Shown here piece by piece: positions 41,545-52,106 of a DNA stretch of 64,000 nt. Numbering within the stretch: position 1 is the stretch's first letter; the number at the start of each line of letters is the position of its first letter. A program made the translations under genes and the position numbers. Source of the stretch: Nitrospirota bacterium. GTDB taxonomy: Bacteria > Nitrospirota > UBA9217. Below the pieces are notes generated by a model. That model was not told the DNA's origin, made no database searches, and worked only from the letters and a program-made list of their open reading frames with translations. The stretch covers positions 192,001 to 256,000 of the forward strand of contig CAWIYV010000009.1 of assembly GCA_963840455.1 (NCBI GenBank), in the 5' to 3' direction.

Positions 41545-42002
41545 GGTTTTCATTTTTCTGCACCCCGGTTCACAGGTCCATGCAGGCATGCAGGGTTGGT
41601 ACTGTTAACAAGTTTACTCGAGCATCGCAGCGCTTCCCCTCGCCCAGGAATAAGGGCTCGGCCGTGTCTGCCTAGCTTGGTGATGTCATCGGCCATGACT
41701 GCTTCCGCATGCTTGTGCACAGACCTGTTCACGGGATGCAGTGGCTTTTGGAAAGGCAGATTCACAGGCCCATACCCAAACCCCGCATGTCCCTGGAGCG
41801 GCCCTATGAAATGCCTGGGCACCCGTCTTGGCCTAAGGAAGCGTCCCGCAGGGCGAACGTGCATGTCTGAGGCCGAAGGCCGAGTTTGCGCGGGCGAGCG
41901 GACGTGGCCTTAGACGGGTCAGGAATTTCATTCAGGACGCGAAGGGGATATGCAAAAAATTACGCCTCTTCAATCGATAATATATACTCACTCAAGAGAG
42001 AA
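41545..42002 (+). repeat. Composite structured repeat, paralog of 4138-4698
   Basis: Hairpin host, MITE and a long imperfect stem-loop (ATGAAATGCCTG..ACCCGTCT / AGACGGGTCAGGAATTTCAT). Confidence 0.9.
41573..41727. mobile_element. 155-bp MITE, copy B
   Basis: CAGGTCCATGCA...TGCACAGACCTG TIRs flanked by TTCA direct repeats at 41569-41572 and 41728-41731. Confidence 0.82.
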
Positions 42003-42031
42003 AAGACCCATTATTTTATTATGGAGGAATC

Positions 42032-42505
42032 ATGTCGGAAGAAAAAGAGATCAAGGAGTGCGAAAGCACCCTCGAAGCGTACAAAACGAAGGTCTCGCAG
42101 GTGAACAAGGCAACGCTGACCTGGGACAAGGACCTGATCTTTGTCGGCCGTACCAACCGCGGCTACGAGGTGGAGTACGACGCCCAGCAGCAGTGGGGGT
42201 GCTCTCCCACCGAGACGCTGCTGCTCTCCGTTGCCGGCTGCATGGGCATCGACATGGTGTCCTTCCTCAAGAAGATGAAGTGCGAGATCAAGTCCTACAA
42301 GATGGACATCATGGGGGAGCGGAACCCCACGCCTCCCCAGTACTACACCTCCATCGACATGGTCATCACCGTGGCCGGCAGCGGGCTCACCGCGAAGAAG
42401 ATCGAACGCGCCATCGCCCTGTCCCAGGATAAGTACTGCTCCGTCTATCACTCGCTCCGGAAGGACATGAAGGTGAAGGTAGAGTATACCTTCGAGAACG
42501 CATAG
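42032..42505 (+). CDS. OsmC/YhfA-family protein
   Basis: SPTETLLLSVAGC, LSQDKYCSV; GGAGG RBS. Confidence 0.9.
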   Translation: MSEEKEIKECESTLEAYKTKVSQVNKATLTWDKDLIFVGRTNRGYEVEYDAQQQWGCSPTETLLLSVAGCMGIDMVSFLKKMKCEIKSYKMDIMGERNPTPPQYYTSIDMVITVAGSGLTAKKIERAIALSQDKYCSVYHSLRKDMKVKVEYTFENA

Positions 42506-42618
42506 CGCATGCGCGATCGGAAACGTAAATAATGGAAATTGAAGCGTGAAGCTTGAACAATGCAGTGCCCCAGGCCTGCGCCGGCCGGTCTGTTGCCGAT
42601 TTCCACTTATTAATCTTG

Positions 42619-42751
42619 CCTGATCCGGGCAAGCCGGGACGAAAACCTTGGAACCCCGAAGGCGCGAAGGACGCCAAGGAAGGCAAATAATTGTTCCTGG
42701 TTTAAACCAAAGAATCAGAGATCTTCTTCTCGACCTTTGCGCCTTCGCGGT
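42619..42751. repeat. 9-bp-period inverted repeat with CCGGGCAAGCCGG flank
   Basis: Same architecture as 6970-7104 (inverted) and 39344-39476. Confidence 0.75.
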
Positions 42752-42824
42752 GAGTTTTTCTTGCCATTTTGAGCAGAATTTGATTCTTCACAGACTACGC
42801 CTATTCAACGTTCAATAGCGCTCT

Positions 42825-43952
42825 ATGCCTTCCATCCGGCTTCTCAAGAACGGCACCGAGGTCTTCCCGGCGATGTTCGACGCCATCGACCGGGCTGTTT
42901 CCTGCGTCGTACTCGAGATGTACATCTACGCCGACGACGGGACAGGCAGGGAGGTCCGGGGGCGGCTGGTGAACGCGGCCAGGCGGGGCATCCGGGTCAT
43001 GGTGCTGGTGGACGCCGTGGGGTCGTGGTCCCTTTCAGAGGCCTTCTGGGATGAGCTACGGAACGCCGGAGGCATGGTGCGGCGTTTCCGGCCGGTCTCT
43101 CGCGGCATGTTCCTGTTCCGGAACCACCGGAAACTCCTGCTGGTGGACGACCGGACCGCCTTTATCGGCGGGCTGAACATCGCAGACGAGTACTTTCGCG
43201 GCTCCGGCGGCGAGCCGCCCTGGCGGGACAATGCCCTGGAGATAAGGGGACGCGAGGTGATGCAGCTCAGGCGCTCCTTTGACCGGATGTGGGCGCGGGC
43301 CGATCTTCCGTTCCGCAGAACGTTCTTCCGGTCCCGGCATGATCGCGGGGGGCGGGAGACTGCAGCCGGCAGGCTGCGGTTCCTGGAAAGCGGCCCTGAA
43401 AACCCCATGCACCCGGTGCGGAAGGTCTATCGTCAGCTCATCCGTGGGTCGGCCGCAGGCATTGATCTTGCCATGGGGTATTTTTATCCCCACGGGGGCA
43501 TCCTCCGGGCGCTCAAGCGCGCGGTCAACCGCGGCGTACGCGTTCGGCTCCTGTTCCCCCGGAAAAGCGACATCCCCATGGCGCGCTGGGCGGCACGGGG
43601 GCTCTACGGCAGGCTGCTGCGCTCCGGGATGGAGGTTTGGGAGTACCGGCCGTCCATGATGCACGCCAAGCTCGCGATCGTCGACGATACGCTGATCGCC
43701 GGATCGGCGAACCTGGACATCCGGAGCGGCAGGATCAACTACGAACTGGTCGCGGTCGTGAACGACAGAGAACTGGCGCGCCGGGCAAGGTCCGACTTTG
43801 AGGAAGACCTGATGCAGGCCGAGCGCATCACGCTCGAAGCGTGGAAGGCCCGGCCGTTCATGCAGAAGATCAAGGAACGCATCAGCTACTGGCTCCTGGC
43901 GCGGCTGGACATCTTCTTCGCCAAAGCGGAGATGGCACGGCTGATGCGGTAG
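42825..43952 (+). CDS. Phospholipase D/cardiolipin synthase, ClsB-like
   Basis: HRKLLLVD and HAKLAIVD HKD motifs; no N-terminal TM segment. Confidence 0.88.
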   Translation: MPSIRLLKNGTEVFPAMFDAIDRAVSCVVLEMYIYADDGTGREVRGRLVNAARRGIRVMVLVDAVGSWSLSEAFWDELRNAGGMVRRFRPVSRGMFLFRNHRKLLLVDDRTAFIGGLNIADEYFRGSGGEPPWRDNALEIRGREVMQLRRSFDRMWARADLPFRRTFFRSRHDRGGRETAAGRLRFLESGPENPMHPVRKVYRQLIRGSAAGIDLAMGYFYPHGGILRALKRAVNRGVRVRLLFPRKSDIPMARWAARGLYGRLLRSGMEVWEYRPSMMHAKLAIVDDTLIAGSANLDIRSGRINYELVAVVNDRELARRARSDFEEDLMQAERITLEAWKARPFMQKIKERISYWLLARLDIFFAKAEMARLMR

Positions 43953-44077
43953 AATTGCAGAGGCAGGATAGGGAAGGCTGTAGACAAAAGACAGGGGACA
44001 GGAACACTGCTCGCTGACTTCCTTTGTCCTGTGTATATCTGTGTTCATCTGTGGTTAAATTGTTAAAGGAGGCTGTT

Positions 44078-44650
44078 ATGAAGTTCAAGGGATCGAAGAC
44101 CGAGAAGAACCTGCTGGCCGCCTTTGCGGGCGAATCGCAGGCCAGGAACCGTTACACTTTCTTCGCCAGCGCGGCGAAGAAGGAAGGGTATGAACAGATC
44201 GCTGCGCTTTTTCTGGAGACCGCGGAAAATGAGAAGGAGCACGCCAAGCGTTTCTTCAAGTTCCTCGAGGGCGGCATGGCGGAGTTCACGGCCACCTTTC
44301 CGGCGGGCCGCATCGGGACCACTGCTGAGAACCTGAAAGCCGCGGCGGAAGGGGAGAACGAGGAATGGACGAAGCTCTATCCAGGCTCGGCTGACGTGGC
44401 GGAGCAAGAGGGGTTCAAGGATGTTGCAGCAGCGTTCCGCGCCATCGCAAAGGTCGAGGTCCAGCATGAGAAACGGTACCGAAAGCTGCTGGAGAACGTG
44501 GAGAAGGGAAAGGTGTTCAGAAAGGACAAACCGACCGCCTGGAAGTGCCGCAACTGCGGGCACATCCATGAGGGCCCCGAGGCGCCCGAGGTCTGCCCGG
44601 CCTGCCTCCACCCGAAGACCTTCTTCGAGCTGGTGTCGGAGAACTACTAA
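44078..44650 (+). CDS. rbr: Rubrerythrin
   Basis: [12 protein letters not shown], ExxH motifs, WKCRNCG..CPAC rubredoxin domain. Confidence 0.96.
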   Translation: MKFKGSKTEKNLLAAFAGESQARNRYTFFASAAKKEGYEQIAALFLETAENEKEHAKRFFKFLEGGMAEFTATFPAGRIGTTAENLKAAAEGENEEWTKLYPGSADVAEQEGFKDVAAAFRAIAKVEVQHEKRYRKLLENVEKGKVFRKDKPTAWKCRNCGHIHEGPEAPEVCPACLHPKTFFELVSENY

Positions 44651-44718
44651 GTTCACTGTTGCATTGCGGTCTGCCGGAGTCGTATAATTGTATCATTACG
44701 ATCCGGAGGGGCTGCAAC

Positions 44719-45060
44719 ATGACGATGGAAGCTGAGTACATGATCAAGGAAGCGCCGACCTGCCCGCACTGCAAGGCGGTCATGGAAAAAATGGACGCTC
44801 GCTACCTTGACTGGGGCACCACATTCCTGTGGGTCTGCTTCAACAACGACTGCGGCTTCTTCAAGAAGGGCTGGGAGCATATGATGAACACCGTCGGCCA
44901 GCTCGTATCCTACCGGTTCATGATCACGCCGGACACCGGCACGCAGGGCGTGATCCCTGCGTTCAGCTCGGAGTACCTGGCCAAACAGGGCAAACCGTCG
45001 AATCCCTACCTGGACCCGGATGCCGTGGACAAGTATTACGAGGTGCCGGACGAGGAGTAG
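44719..45060 (+). CDS. Zinc-ribbon hypothetical protein
   Basis: CPHC..CFNNDC; GGAGG RBS; TATAAT upstream. Confidence 0.75.
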   Translation: MTMEAEYMIKEAPTCPHCKAVMEKMDARYLDWGTTFLWVCFNNDCGFFKKGWEHMMNTVGQLVSYRFMITPDTGTQGVIPAFSSEYLAKQGKPSNPYLDPDAVDKYYEVPDEE

Positions 45061-45091
45061 GTAGATCTACCTGATCAGGTGCAGGAAAATC

Positions 45092-45123
45092 AAAAGAGGC
45101 AGCCGAATGGCTGCCTCTTTTTG
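45092..45123 (+). terminator. Intrinsic terminator
   Basis: AAAAGAGGCAGCC-GAAT-GGCTGCCTCTTTT. Confidence 0.85.
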
Positions 45124-45150
45124 ATTTTGCGGGTTCCTGCATCCTGTGAA

Positions 45151-45258
45151 TCCAGGAACGAGTGCAATCACGATATGCTGCGTGATGAGCGAGTGATTAG
45201 GATAACTTCAACACCCTGAGGATCGAAGCTCCAAAGCAGTTTCCGTTGGGAGCTTCAA
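45151..45258 (+). mobile_element. IS200/IS605-like element, copy 8 (diverged)
   Basis: CTGCATCCTGTGAA|TCCAGG...CTTCAA|CCGGGGTGCGG, inside the same host hairpin as copy 3. Confidence 0.8.
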
Positions 45259-45409
45259 CCGGGGTGCGGAAAAAAATCTTGTTTTTGGGCAGCCCGGTGC
45301 GGCTCGACTGAACTCGCCGAAGTCTCCGCTGTGCCAAGCATGCAGGATGCGCGTGAATGATCCTGTCCCAACCCCACAAAGTTCCCGGCTTCTGAACAGC
45401 GGAAACAAC

Positions 45410-45440
45410 AAAAAGAGACGGCCGATAGGCCGCCTCTTTT
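45410..45440 (-). terminator. Intrinsic terminator of the fdh operon
   Basis: AAAAGAGACGGCC-GATA-GGCCGCCTCTTTT hairpin just past the fdh stop. Confidence 0.75.
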
Positions 45441-45461
45441 GCTTTCCCGCCTGATAACGCG

Positions 45462-48167
45462 CTACTTCCTGCCCGAGAGGACCTCTTCGCTCGACTGTTT
45501 TTCCGCCAGAACGACCTTCACGGCGCAGACCTTGAACTCGGGGATCTTGACGTCCGGGTCCAGGGCGTCGTTCGTCAGCACGTTGGCTGCCGCCTCGCGG
45601 TAGTGCATGGGGATGAAGACCGTGCCCTCGGAGACCCGCCGGGTGAACCGCGCCTTGATCTTCACTTCCCCGCGCCTCGAGCTGACCGTCACGAGGTCTC
45701 CCTGGGCGATCCCGAGCTTTGCGCCGTCCAGGGGGTTCAGCTCCACATAGGCCTCGCCGGCATGCTCTTCGATGGCCCTGACCTGGCGCGTCATGGTCCC
45801 GGAATGGTACTGGTAGAGGTTCCTGCCCGTCGTCAGGATGAAAGGATAGTCCCGGCTTGCCACCTCCGCCGGGGGATTGAAGGCGATGGGCATGAAGGGG
45901 ATCTTTTTGGCGAACCCGTCCTTGTACAGGAACTCGGTGCCCGGATGGTCCTTCGTCGGACAGGGCCAGGCGATGCCGCGTGATTTGATCCGGTCATAGG
46001 TGATGCCTCCCATGGCCGGCCAGAGCCTGCCGAACTCCTCCAGGACCTGCTCCGGCGACCGGTAGTCCATCGGGTATCCCATGGCCTTCGAGAGGTCCTT
46101 GATGATGGACAGGTCGTCCCGCGCTTCCCCGGGAGGGCTGACCGCCCTGCGCACGCGCTGCACCCGGCGCTCGGTGTTGGAGAAGGTTCCGTCCTTCTCG
46201 AAAGAGCAGGCTGCGGGAAGCACCACGTGGGCGTAACGCGCCGTCTCGGTCATGAAGATGTCCTGCACCACGAGGAACTCAAGGTTCTTCAGCGCCTTGA
46301 TGGTGTGGTGCTGGTTCGGGTCGGTGAGGATGGGGTTCTCGCCCATGATGTACATGGCCTTGAGCGTTCCGTCCGCCGCCGCGTTCATCATTTCCGTGGC
46401 GAAGAGCCCGCGCCTGGAAGGGATGGCGACGCCCCAGGCTTGCTCGAACTTTTGGCGCGGTTCGGTGAGGTCCACCCGCTGGTACCCGGGAAGGACGTTC
46501 GGCATGCACGCAGCGTCCGACGCGCCCTGCACGTTGTTCTGGCCGCGGAGGGGGTTCACGCCCGTGAACTCCCTGCCGATGTTCCCGGTCAGCGTCGCGA
46601 GGTTCGCGATGGCCCGCACATTGTCCGTGCCGCAAGTGTGCTGGGTGATGCCCATGGTGTAGAAGATGCCGGCCTTGCGGGACCCGCCGTACATCCTGGC
46701 CGCCTTGATGAGGTCCGACTTGGGCACGCCCGTGATCAGTTTCACCTTCTCGGGCGTGAACTCATCGAGCGACCTTTTCCAGGCATCGAACCCTTCGGTC
46801 CTCTCCTTGATGAACTCGTCGTTTTGCAGCCCCTCTTTGAGGATGACGTGGGCCATGCCGTTCAGCAGGGCGATGTCCGTGCCCGGGCGTATCCTGAGGA
46901 ACACCTCGGCAAACTTCACCATGGGGACCTTGCGCGGGTCGGCGACGATGATCTTCGCGCCTTTGCGGTAGGCCTTGATCATGCGGTTCGCGATGACCGG
47001 GTGCGTCTCCTTGGTGTTGGAGCCGATGATGAAAATGACCTCCATGCCCTCGATCTCCCGGATGGAGTTCGTCATGGCACCGGAGCCGAAGATGGCGGCC
47101 AGACCGGCCACCGTGGGGGAGTGTCAGAGTCGGGCGCAGTGGTCGACATTGTTGGTGCCGATCGCCGCGCGCATGAACTTCTGGAAGAGGTAGTTCTCCT
47201 CGTTGGTGCACCGCGCCGAGGAGAGGCCGCCGATGGCATCGGCGCCGTGCTTCTCCTTGATCTTCTTGAACCACGCCGCGGTGTATTCCAGCGCGCCGGT
47301 CCACGAGGTCTCCTCGAACTCGCCGCTCGCCCTCCGGATGAGGGGTTTGGTGAGCCGGTCGGGGCTGTTCACGAACTTGTATCCGAACCGCCCCTTGACG
47401 CAGAGCCAGCCCTCGTTCGGCGTCCAGGGCTTCGACGAGATCCGGACGATCTCGTTGCCCTTCACATGGGCCGTGACCGTGCAGCCCGTGCCGCAGTAGG
47501 GGCAGGTGGTGTCCACTTCGCGGACGCCCTCGTAGCGGCCGCGGCGGGCCCATTGTTTGCCGGTGAGCGCGCCCGTGGGGCAGACCGAGACGCACTGGCC
47601 GCAGAACTCGCAGTCCAGGTCATCCTCATAGGTCGTGCAGATCTTGGACTTGAACCCGCGGTAGCCGAAGTCGATGGCCTCGACGCCCTGCACCTCGTCA
47701 CAGACCTTGACGCACCTGCCGCACATGACGCACTTCTCCATGTCCCGCTCGATGAACGGGTTTCCGTCGCGTTTTGGGTAGAGGCGCCGTTCGCCGGCAT
47801 ATTCCTCCCCCCGGACGCCATAGGTGTATGCGAGTTCCTGCAGGGCGCAGCTGCCCGTGGCCTCGCAGGTCATGCAGTCGTTGGGGTGGTCGGACAGGAT
47901 CAGCTCCAGCACCATCTTCCGGTAGTCCTCGATCTCCGGCGTCGAGGTCAAGACCTCCATGCCGTCGGAGACCGACGTGGTGCAGGACGCCACGGGCTTC
48001 GGCATGCCCTTCACCTGGACGATGCAGAGCCGGCACCCGCCGAAGGGCGTGAGCTGCGGATGGTGGCACAGGGTCGGGACCTGGATCCCGTTCCGCCGCG
48101 CAGCTTCCAGGACCGTGAGGTCCGCGGGGACGGTGAACTTCTTTCCGTTTATGGTGAGGGTGACCAT
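45462..48167 (-). CDS. fdhA: Formate dehydrogenase alpha subunit, selenocysteine-containing (UGA at 47124-47126)
   Basis: Two in-frame ORFs join as NNVDHCARL-U-HSPTVAGL; N-terminal 2Fe-2S/4Fe-4S modules, CPYCGTGC, LRGQNNVQG, PEFKVCAV. Confidence 0.93.
47085..47123 (-). promoter_or_regulatory. Bacterial SECIS element
   Basis: GGTGGCC-GGTCT-GGCCGCC hairpin with loop GGT 18 nt after UGA, as in E. coli fdhF. Confidence 0.85.
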
Positions 48168-48233
48168 CGTTTTCCTCGTTTGTTCCTGTTCGTCATTCCC
48201 TCGACCAAGGGAATCCAGTCGATCAACTTCTTC

Positions 48234-48724
48234 CGCCACAGAGGCACAGAGAACACAGAGGGAAAGAAATCTTAAGCCATCACTGCTGAGACTTTATCTT
48301 CTTCCCGGGGATCCCTAGCAGTCTGTTGAATTCCTCCGGCGAATGGAGCTTAAAAACAGGCACTTTCGCCTTGGATAATACCTGAACATATCCCGCAGGA
48401 TCGTACAGCCATCTATTGCCTGGGTTGATGTCTATCTTATATATTAGCGCCGTTGGTGTTTCTGCGGCTATCTTTGTTTTCTTGCTCCAGTGATCCTGGA
48501 ATCGCAAGAGCATTTTCTCATCTCGGATTTCGTTGATTATTTCGAAATTCTTATCACGAATCGTAATGCTAATGATTTCATCGGCCCGGGCCGAGACAGG
48601 TAACAGTACGACGACGAGGATGAAAATCAATTTGTAGTTCATACGATCAAGAATATGTTCTCTCTGCGTCCTCTTCGGCGAGAAAGGATCTGTCTTTCTC
48701 TGTGCTCTCTGTGCCTCTGTGGCG
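48234..48724. repeat. 27-bp inverted repeats bracketing a passenger gene
   Basis: CGCCACAGAGGCACAGAGAACACAGAG (48234-48260) and its complement with one mismatch (48698-48724). Confidence 0.85.
48280..48642 (-). CDS. Small AT-rich exported hypothetical protein (120 aa)
   Basis: MNYKLIFILVVVLLPVSARA signal peptide; visibly lower GC than the flanking fdh genes. Confidence 0.7.
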   Translation of the reverse strand: MNYKLIFILVVVLLPVSARADEIISITIRDKNFEIINEIRDEKMLLRFQDHWSKKTKIAAETPTALIYKIDINPGNRWLYDPAGYVQVLSKAKVPVFKLHSPEEFNRLLGIPGKKIKSQQ

Positions 48725-48782
48725 AAAACTAAGTTGCCTTTTCCCCGTGTCTCCCCGTCCCCGCGTCTCCGCGTCGGTTTTT

Positions 48783-50561
48783 CTAATCCCTCATCACCGA
48801 TTTGAACTTGCAGACATCGAAACAGCTCCCGCAGCGGATGCACTTGACCGGATCGATCTTGTGGGGGACCTTCTTCTCGCCCGTGATCGCGCCGGTGGGG
48901 CAGGCCTTCAGACAGGCGCCGCAGGCCTTGCAGAGCTTCTCGTCGATCGAGTAGGTCAGGAGGGCCTTGCAGACCTTTGCCGGGCATTTCTTGTCACGGA
49001 TATGGACCTCGTACTCCTCGCGGAAGTACTTGATGGTCGACAGGATCGGGTTCGGGGCGGTCTGTCCGAGCCCGCACAGCGAGGTGTTCCTGATGCCGGC
49101 GGAGAGCTTCTCGAGCCGCTCGATATCGTCGGGACGGCCCTGTCCTTTCGTGATCCGGTCCAGGATCTCCTTGAGCCGCTTGGTGCCGACGCGGCAGGGG
49201 ACGCACTTCCCGCAGGACTCTTCCTGGGTGAAGTGGATGAAGTACTGGGCCATGTTCACCATGCAGTTATCCTCGTCGAGGACGATCATGCCGCCGGAAC
49301 CGACGATGGAGCCGACCTTGGCCAGGGACTCGTAGTCCACGGTCAGGTCGAGCATGCTTGCGGGGATGCAGCCGCCCGAGGGGCCGCCGGTCTGGACCGC
49401 TTTCAGGGGCTTCCCGCTTTCAATGCCGCCGCCGATCTCGTTGATGATCTCGCCCAGGGTGATGCCCATGGGTACCTCGATGAGGCCGGTGTTCTTGATC
49501 TTGCCGGTGAGCGCGAAGACCTTGGTGCCCCGGGACTTCTCCGTGCCGTAGGCGGCGTACCAAGCGCACCCTTTCCGGATGATGTACGGGATGTTGGCGA
49601 GCGTCTCGACATTGTTGATGACCGTGGGGCGCTGCCACAGCCCCTTGTTCACCGGGAAGGGCGGCTTGGGCCGGGGCATGCCGCGCTGGCCTTCGATGGA
49701 GGCGATGAGCGCCGTCTCCTCGCCGCAGACAAAGGCGCCGGCGCCGAGCTTGACCTTGATGTCGAAATCAAAGGTGGTGCCGAAGATCTTGTCGCCCAGG
49801 AAGCCCTTCTCGCGCGCCTGTGCGATCGCCCGGTGCAGCCGCTCCACGGCCAGAGGATACTCGGCGCGGATGTAGACGTAGCCGTGATGGGAGCAGAGGG
49901 CGTAGGCGCCGATGATCATGCCCTCGATGACCGAATGCGGGTTGCCTTCGATGACGGCCCGGTCCATGAACGCGCCCGGGTCTCCCTCGTCGGCGTTGCA
50001 GACGATGTACTTGATGTCGCCCGCCGCCTTCCTGCCGAGGTCCCACTTGAGTCCCGTGGGGAACCCGGCGCCGCCGCGGCCCCTGAGGCCGGACTGCTTG
50101 ATCTCCTCGATCACCTCTTCGGGGTACCAGGAGTGGAGCACTTCGCGCGCGGCCTCATACCCGCCCACGGCCCGGTAGGCCTCGATGTCCTCGGGGTCGA
50201 TGCGGCCGCAGTCCGACAGCACGACCTTGATCTGTTTGCGGTAAAATGCGTCGTAGGCCCCGTCGACGAGCCATTCCTTCACCGGAGTGCCGGCGACGAG
50301 GTGCTCCTCGACGATGCGGGGGACCATGTCGGGTTTCACGTACTGGTAGACCGTCTTTTCCCCGCCTGCGTGCACCTCGACGAGCACATCGCGGGCGCAG
50401 AGGCCGACGCAGCCTACCTGGTGGGACGAGCAGTGTTCCTTGAGCGCTGCAGGGACACCGGCCTGCGCGAGGGCCTCGGAGAACGCTTCGAGGACCTTCT
50501 TGCCGCCTGCAGCGATGCCGGCGGGCCCCATGCAGACCCGTATGACGGTCGTGTTCTCCAC
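48783..50561 (-). CDS. NADH-binding flavoprotein subunit, NuoF/HydB/HylB-like
   Basis: N-terminal thioredoxin-like 2Fe-2S, GLRGRGGAGFPTG, NADEGDPGAFMD, GAFVCGEETAL, ESCGKCVPCR, C-terminal 2x[4Fe-4S]. Confidence 0.93.
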   Translation of the reverse strand: MENTTVIRVCMGPAGIAAGGKKVLEAFSEALAQAGVPAALKEHCSSHQVGCVGLCARDVLVEVHAGGEKTVYQYVKPDMVPRIVEEHLVAGTPVKEWLVDGAYDAFYRKQIKVVLSDCGRIDPEDIEAYRAVGGYEAAREVLHSWYPEEVIEEIKQSGLRGRGGAGFPTGLKWDLGRKAAGDIKYIVCNADEGDPGAFMDRAVIEGNPHSVIEGMIIGAYALCSHHGYVYIRAEYPLAVERLHRAIAQAREKGFLGDKIFGTTFDFDIKVKLGAGAFVCGEETALIASIEGQRGMPRPKPPFPVNKGLWQRPTVINNVETLANIPYIIRKGCAWYAAYGTEKSRGTKVFALTGKIKNTGLIEVPMGITLGEIINEIGGGIESGKPLKAVQTGGPSGGCIPASMLDLTVDYESLAKVGSIVGSGGMIVLDEDNCMVNMAQYFIHFTQEESCGKCVPCRVGTKRLKEILDRITKGQGRPDDIERLEKLSAGIRNTSLCGLGQTAPNPILSTIKYFREEYEVHIRDKKCPAKVCKALLTYSIDEKLCKACGACLKACPTGAITGEKKVPHKIDPVKCIRCGSCFDVCKFKSVMRD

Positions 50562-51020
50562 TTATTTCTTCCTCAGGGTCTTGATCTCTTTTAGGATGGG
50601 ATCGGCGGTCGTCTTGCCGTGGACCGCGCCGTTGATCAGGACAACGGGGGCGAAGCTGCAGAAACCGAGGCAGGCGACCTTCTCGACCGTGAACTGGCCG
50701 TCAGGCGTGGTGTCCTCTTCGTCGGCGAGATGCAGTTCCCGCTTCAGACTGGTCAGGATGCGTTCTGCGCCGCGGACATGACAGGCCGTCCCGCAGCAGG
50801 CAGTGATGCGGTTCTTGCCGCTGGGCTTCAGGCGGAACTGCGAGTAGAAGGTCGCGACGCCGTAGAAGCGGCTGGGTGCGATGCCCAGCGTGTCCGAGAG
50901 ATACTGGACGGCCTCTTTCGGCACATAACCGAAGGCCTCCTGTGTGTCCTGGAGGAGGGAGATGATGTTGCCGCCTGTTTCCCGGTGCTTTTTGATGATG
51001 TTGTCGAGGGTGGTTTCCAT
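50562..51020 (-). CDS. [2Fe-2S] subunit, NuoE/HydC/HylC-like
   Basis: VATFYSQF, CCGTACHVRG, ACLGFCSFAP. Confidence 0.93.
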   Translation of the reverse strand: METTLDNIIKKHRETGGNIISLLQDTQEAFGYVPKEAVQYLSDTLGIAPSRFYGVATFYSQFRLKPSGKNRITACCGTACHVRGAERILTSLKRELHLADEEDTTPDGQFTVEKVACLGFCSFAPVVLINGAVHGKTTADPILKEIKTLRKK

Positions 51021-51205
51021 AAAAATAATTTATGCGGCCATTAATAATAACACACGGTTCCATTTTTGCAACGAAAAAAAAGGGGAGAGGACCATCGATG
51101 CGCGGACCAGGGAGGGCGGAGGGAGGAACGTGGTCCGCGGCGGAGAACGTCGTTCCCCGCCGCGTGAATATCAGACCGGAGGGAGCAGCGAAGGGGGGCC
51201 TGCCC

Positions 51206-51649
51206 TTAACCGGCGATATAGTCCCGGAGGTAATGCAGGTCCGAGGTGAGCTTCTTTACCTGGGTCTGGATGATGTCGCGGATGGACAGCATGCCGATGA
51301 CCCGGCCGTTGTGCAGGACCGGCAGGTGGCGGATGTTCTTCTCCACCATGATCGAGCTGATATCGCCCAGTTCGTCGTCGGGCACTGCTACGATCAGGTT
51401 GGTCACCATAGCGTCGCGGACCTTCGATTCCTTGAAGCTCTTGCCCCCGGAGTTGATGTAGCTCCGGACAACATCGCGCTCCGTGAAGATGCCCACGGTC
51501 TTGCCCTGTTCGGTCACCATGATGGCGCTGATCTTCCGGGCGTTCATGGAACGGATGGCGTCATCCACCGAGCTGTCGACATCGATGGAGACGATGTCCC
51601 TTCCCTTTGAATCCAGCAGGTCCCGTACCTTCATGATCGATACCCCCAT
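51206..51649 (-). CDS. CBS-domain pair protein
   Basis: VGIFTERD, IRHLPV, GMLSIRD. Confidence 0.9.
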   Translation of the reverse strand: MGVSIMKVRDLLDSKGRDIVSIDVDSSVDDAIRSMNARKISAIMVTEQGKTVGIFTERDVVRSYINSGGKSFKESKVRDAMVTNLIVAVPDDELGDISSIMVEKNIRHLPVLHNGRVIGMLSIRDIIQTQVKKLTSDLHYLRDYIAG

Positions 51650-51911
51650 GTCTCGAGAATAGGCAGAACGTACAGCGGCGCCGCATCAACCGTATGGCGC
51701 CAATTATAGCAAAGGTGCGGGGTGAAAGTAAAGCGCTGACGCAGGAAAAAGCAGGTGCACGGCCGGGTAATGCGGTCGTCATCGTTCCAAAAAACATTTT
51801 GCAAAAAAGACCCTGCTGTGCTAAAGTTTTTTTGAAATCGCGCATTTAACGCGGATTGCGCAGGATCCCCGTGCTGGCCGGCTCGCGGCGGGCGGGGATC
51901 GGAGGCGAGCG

Positions 51912-52106
51912 ATGGAACCGATCATGTGTCCGTTCTGCGGCGGGACGAACTTGTATCAGGACGACGACTACAGCCTCGAACTGGACTTCGAGTACTGGAC
52001 CATCCATCACTGGGAATGCATGGAGTGCGCACAGTCGTTCGACAAGGTCGATATCCTGCCCGCGACCAACAGCTTCGAGGAGATCAATGAGAGCACCATA
52101 CACTGA
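51912..52106 (+). CDS. Small acidic zinc-ribbon protein (64 aa)
   Basis: GGAGG RBS, CPFC..CMEC; overlaps the alr start. Confidence 0.65.
   Translation: MEPIMCPFCGGTNLYQDDDYSLELDFEYWTIHHWECMECAQSFDKVDILPATNSFEEINESTIH

Noticed and set aside
47124-47126. fdhA as a nonsense pseudogene or two genes
   Set aside because: The TGA sits at the catalytic Cys/Sec position and has a SECIS.
48783-51020. Respiratory complex I nuoEF
   Set aside because: No other nuo genes; extra Fe-S domains and linkage to fdhA indicate a soluble complex.
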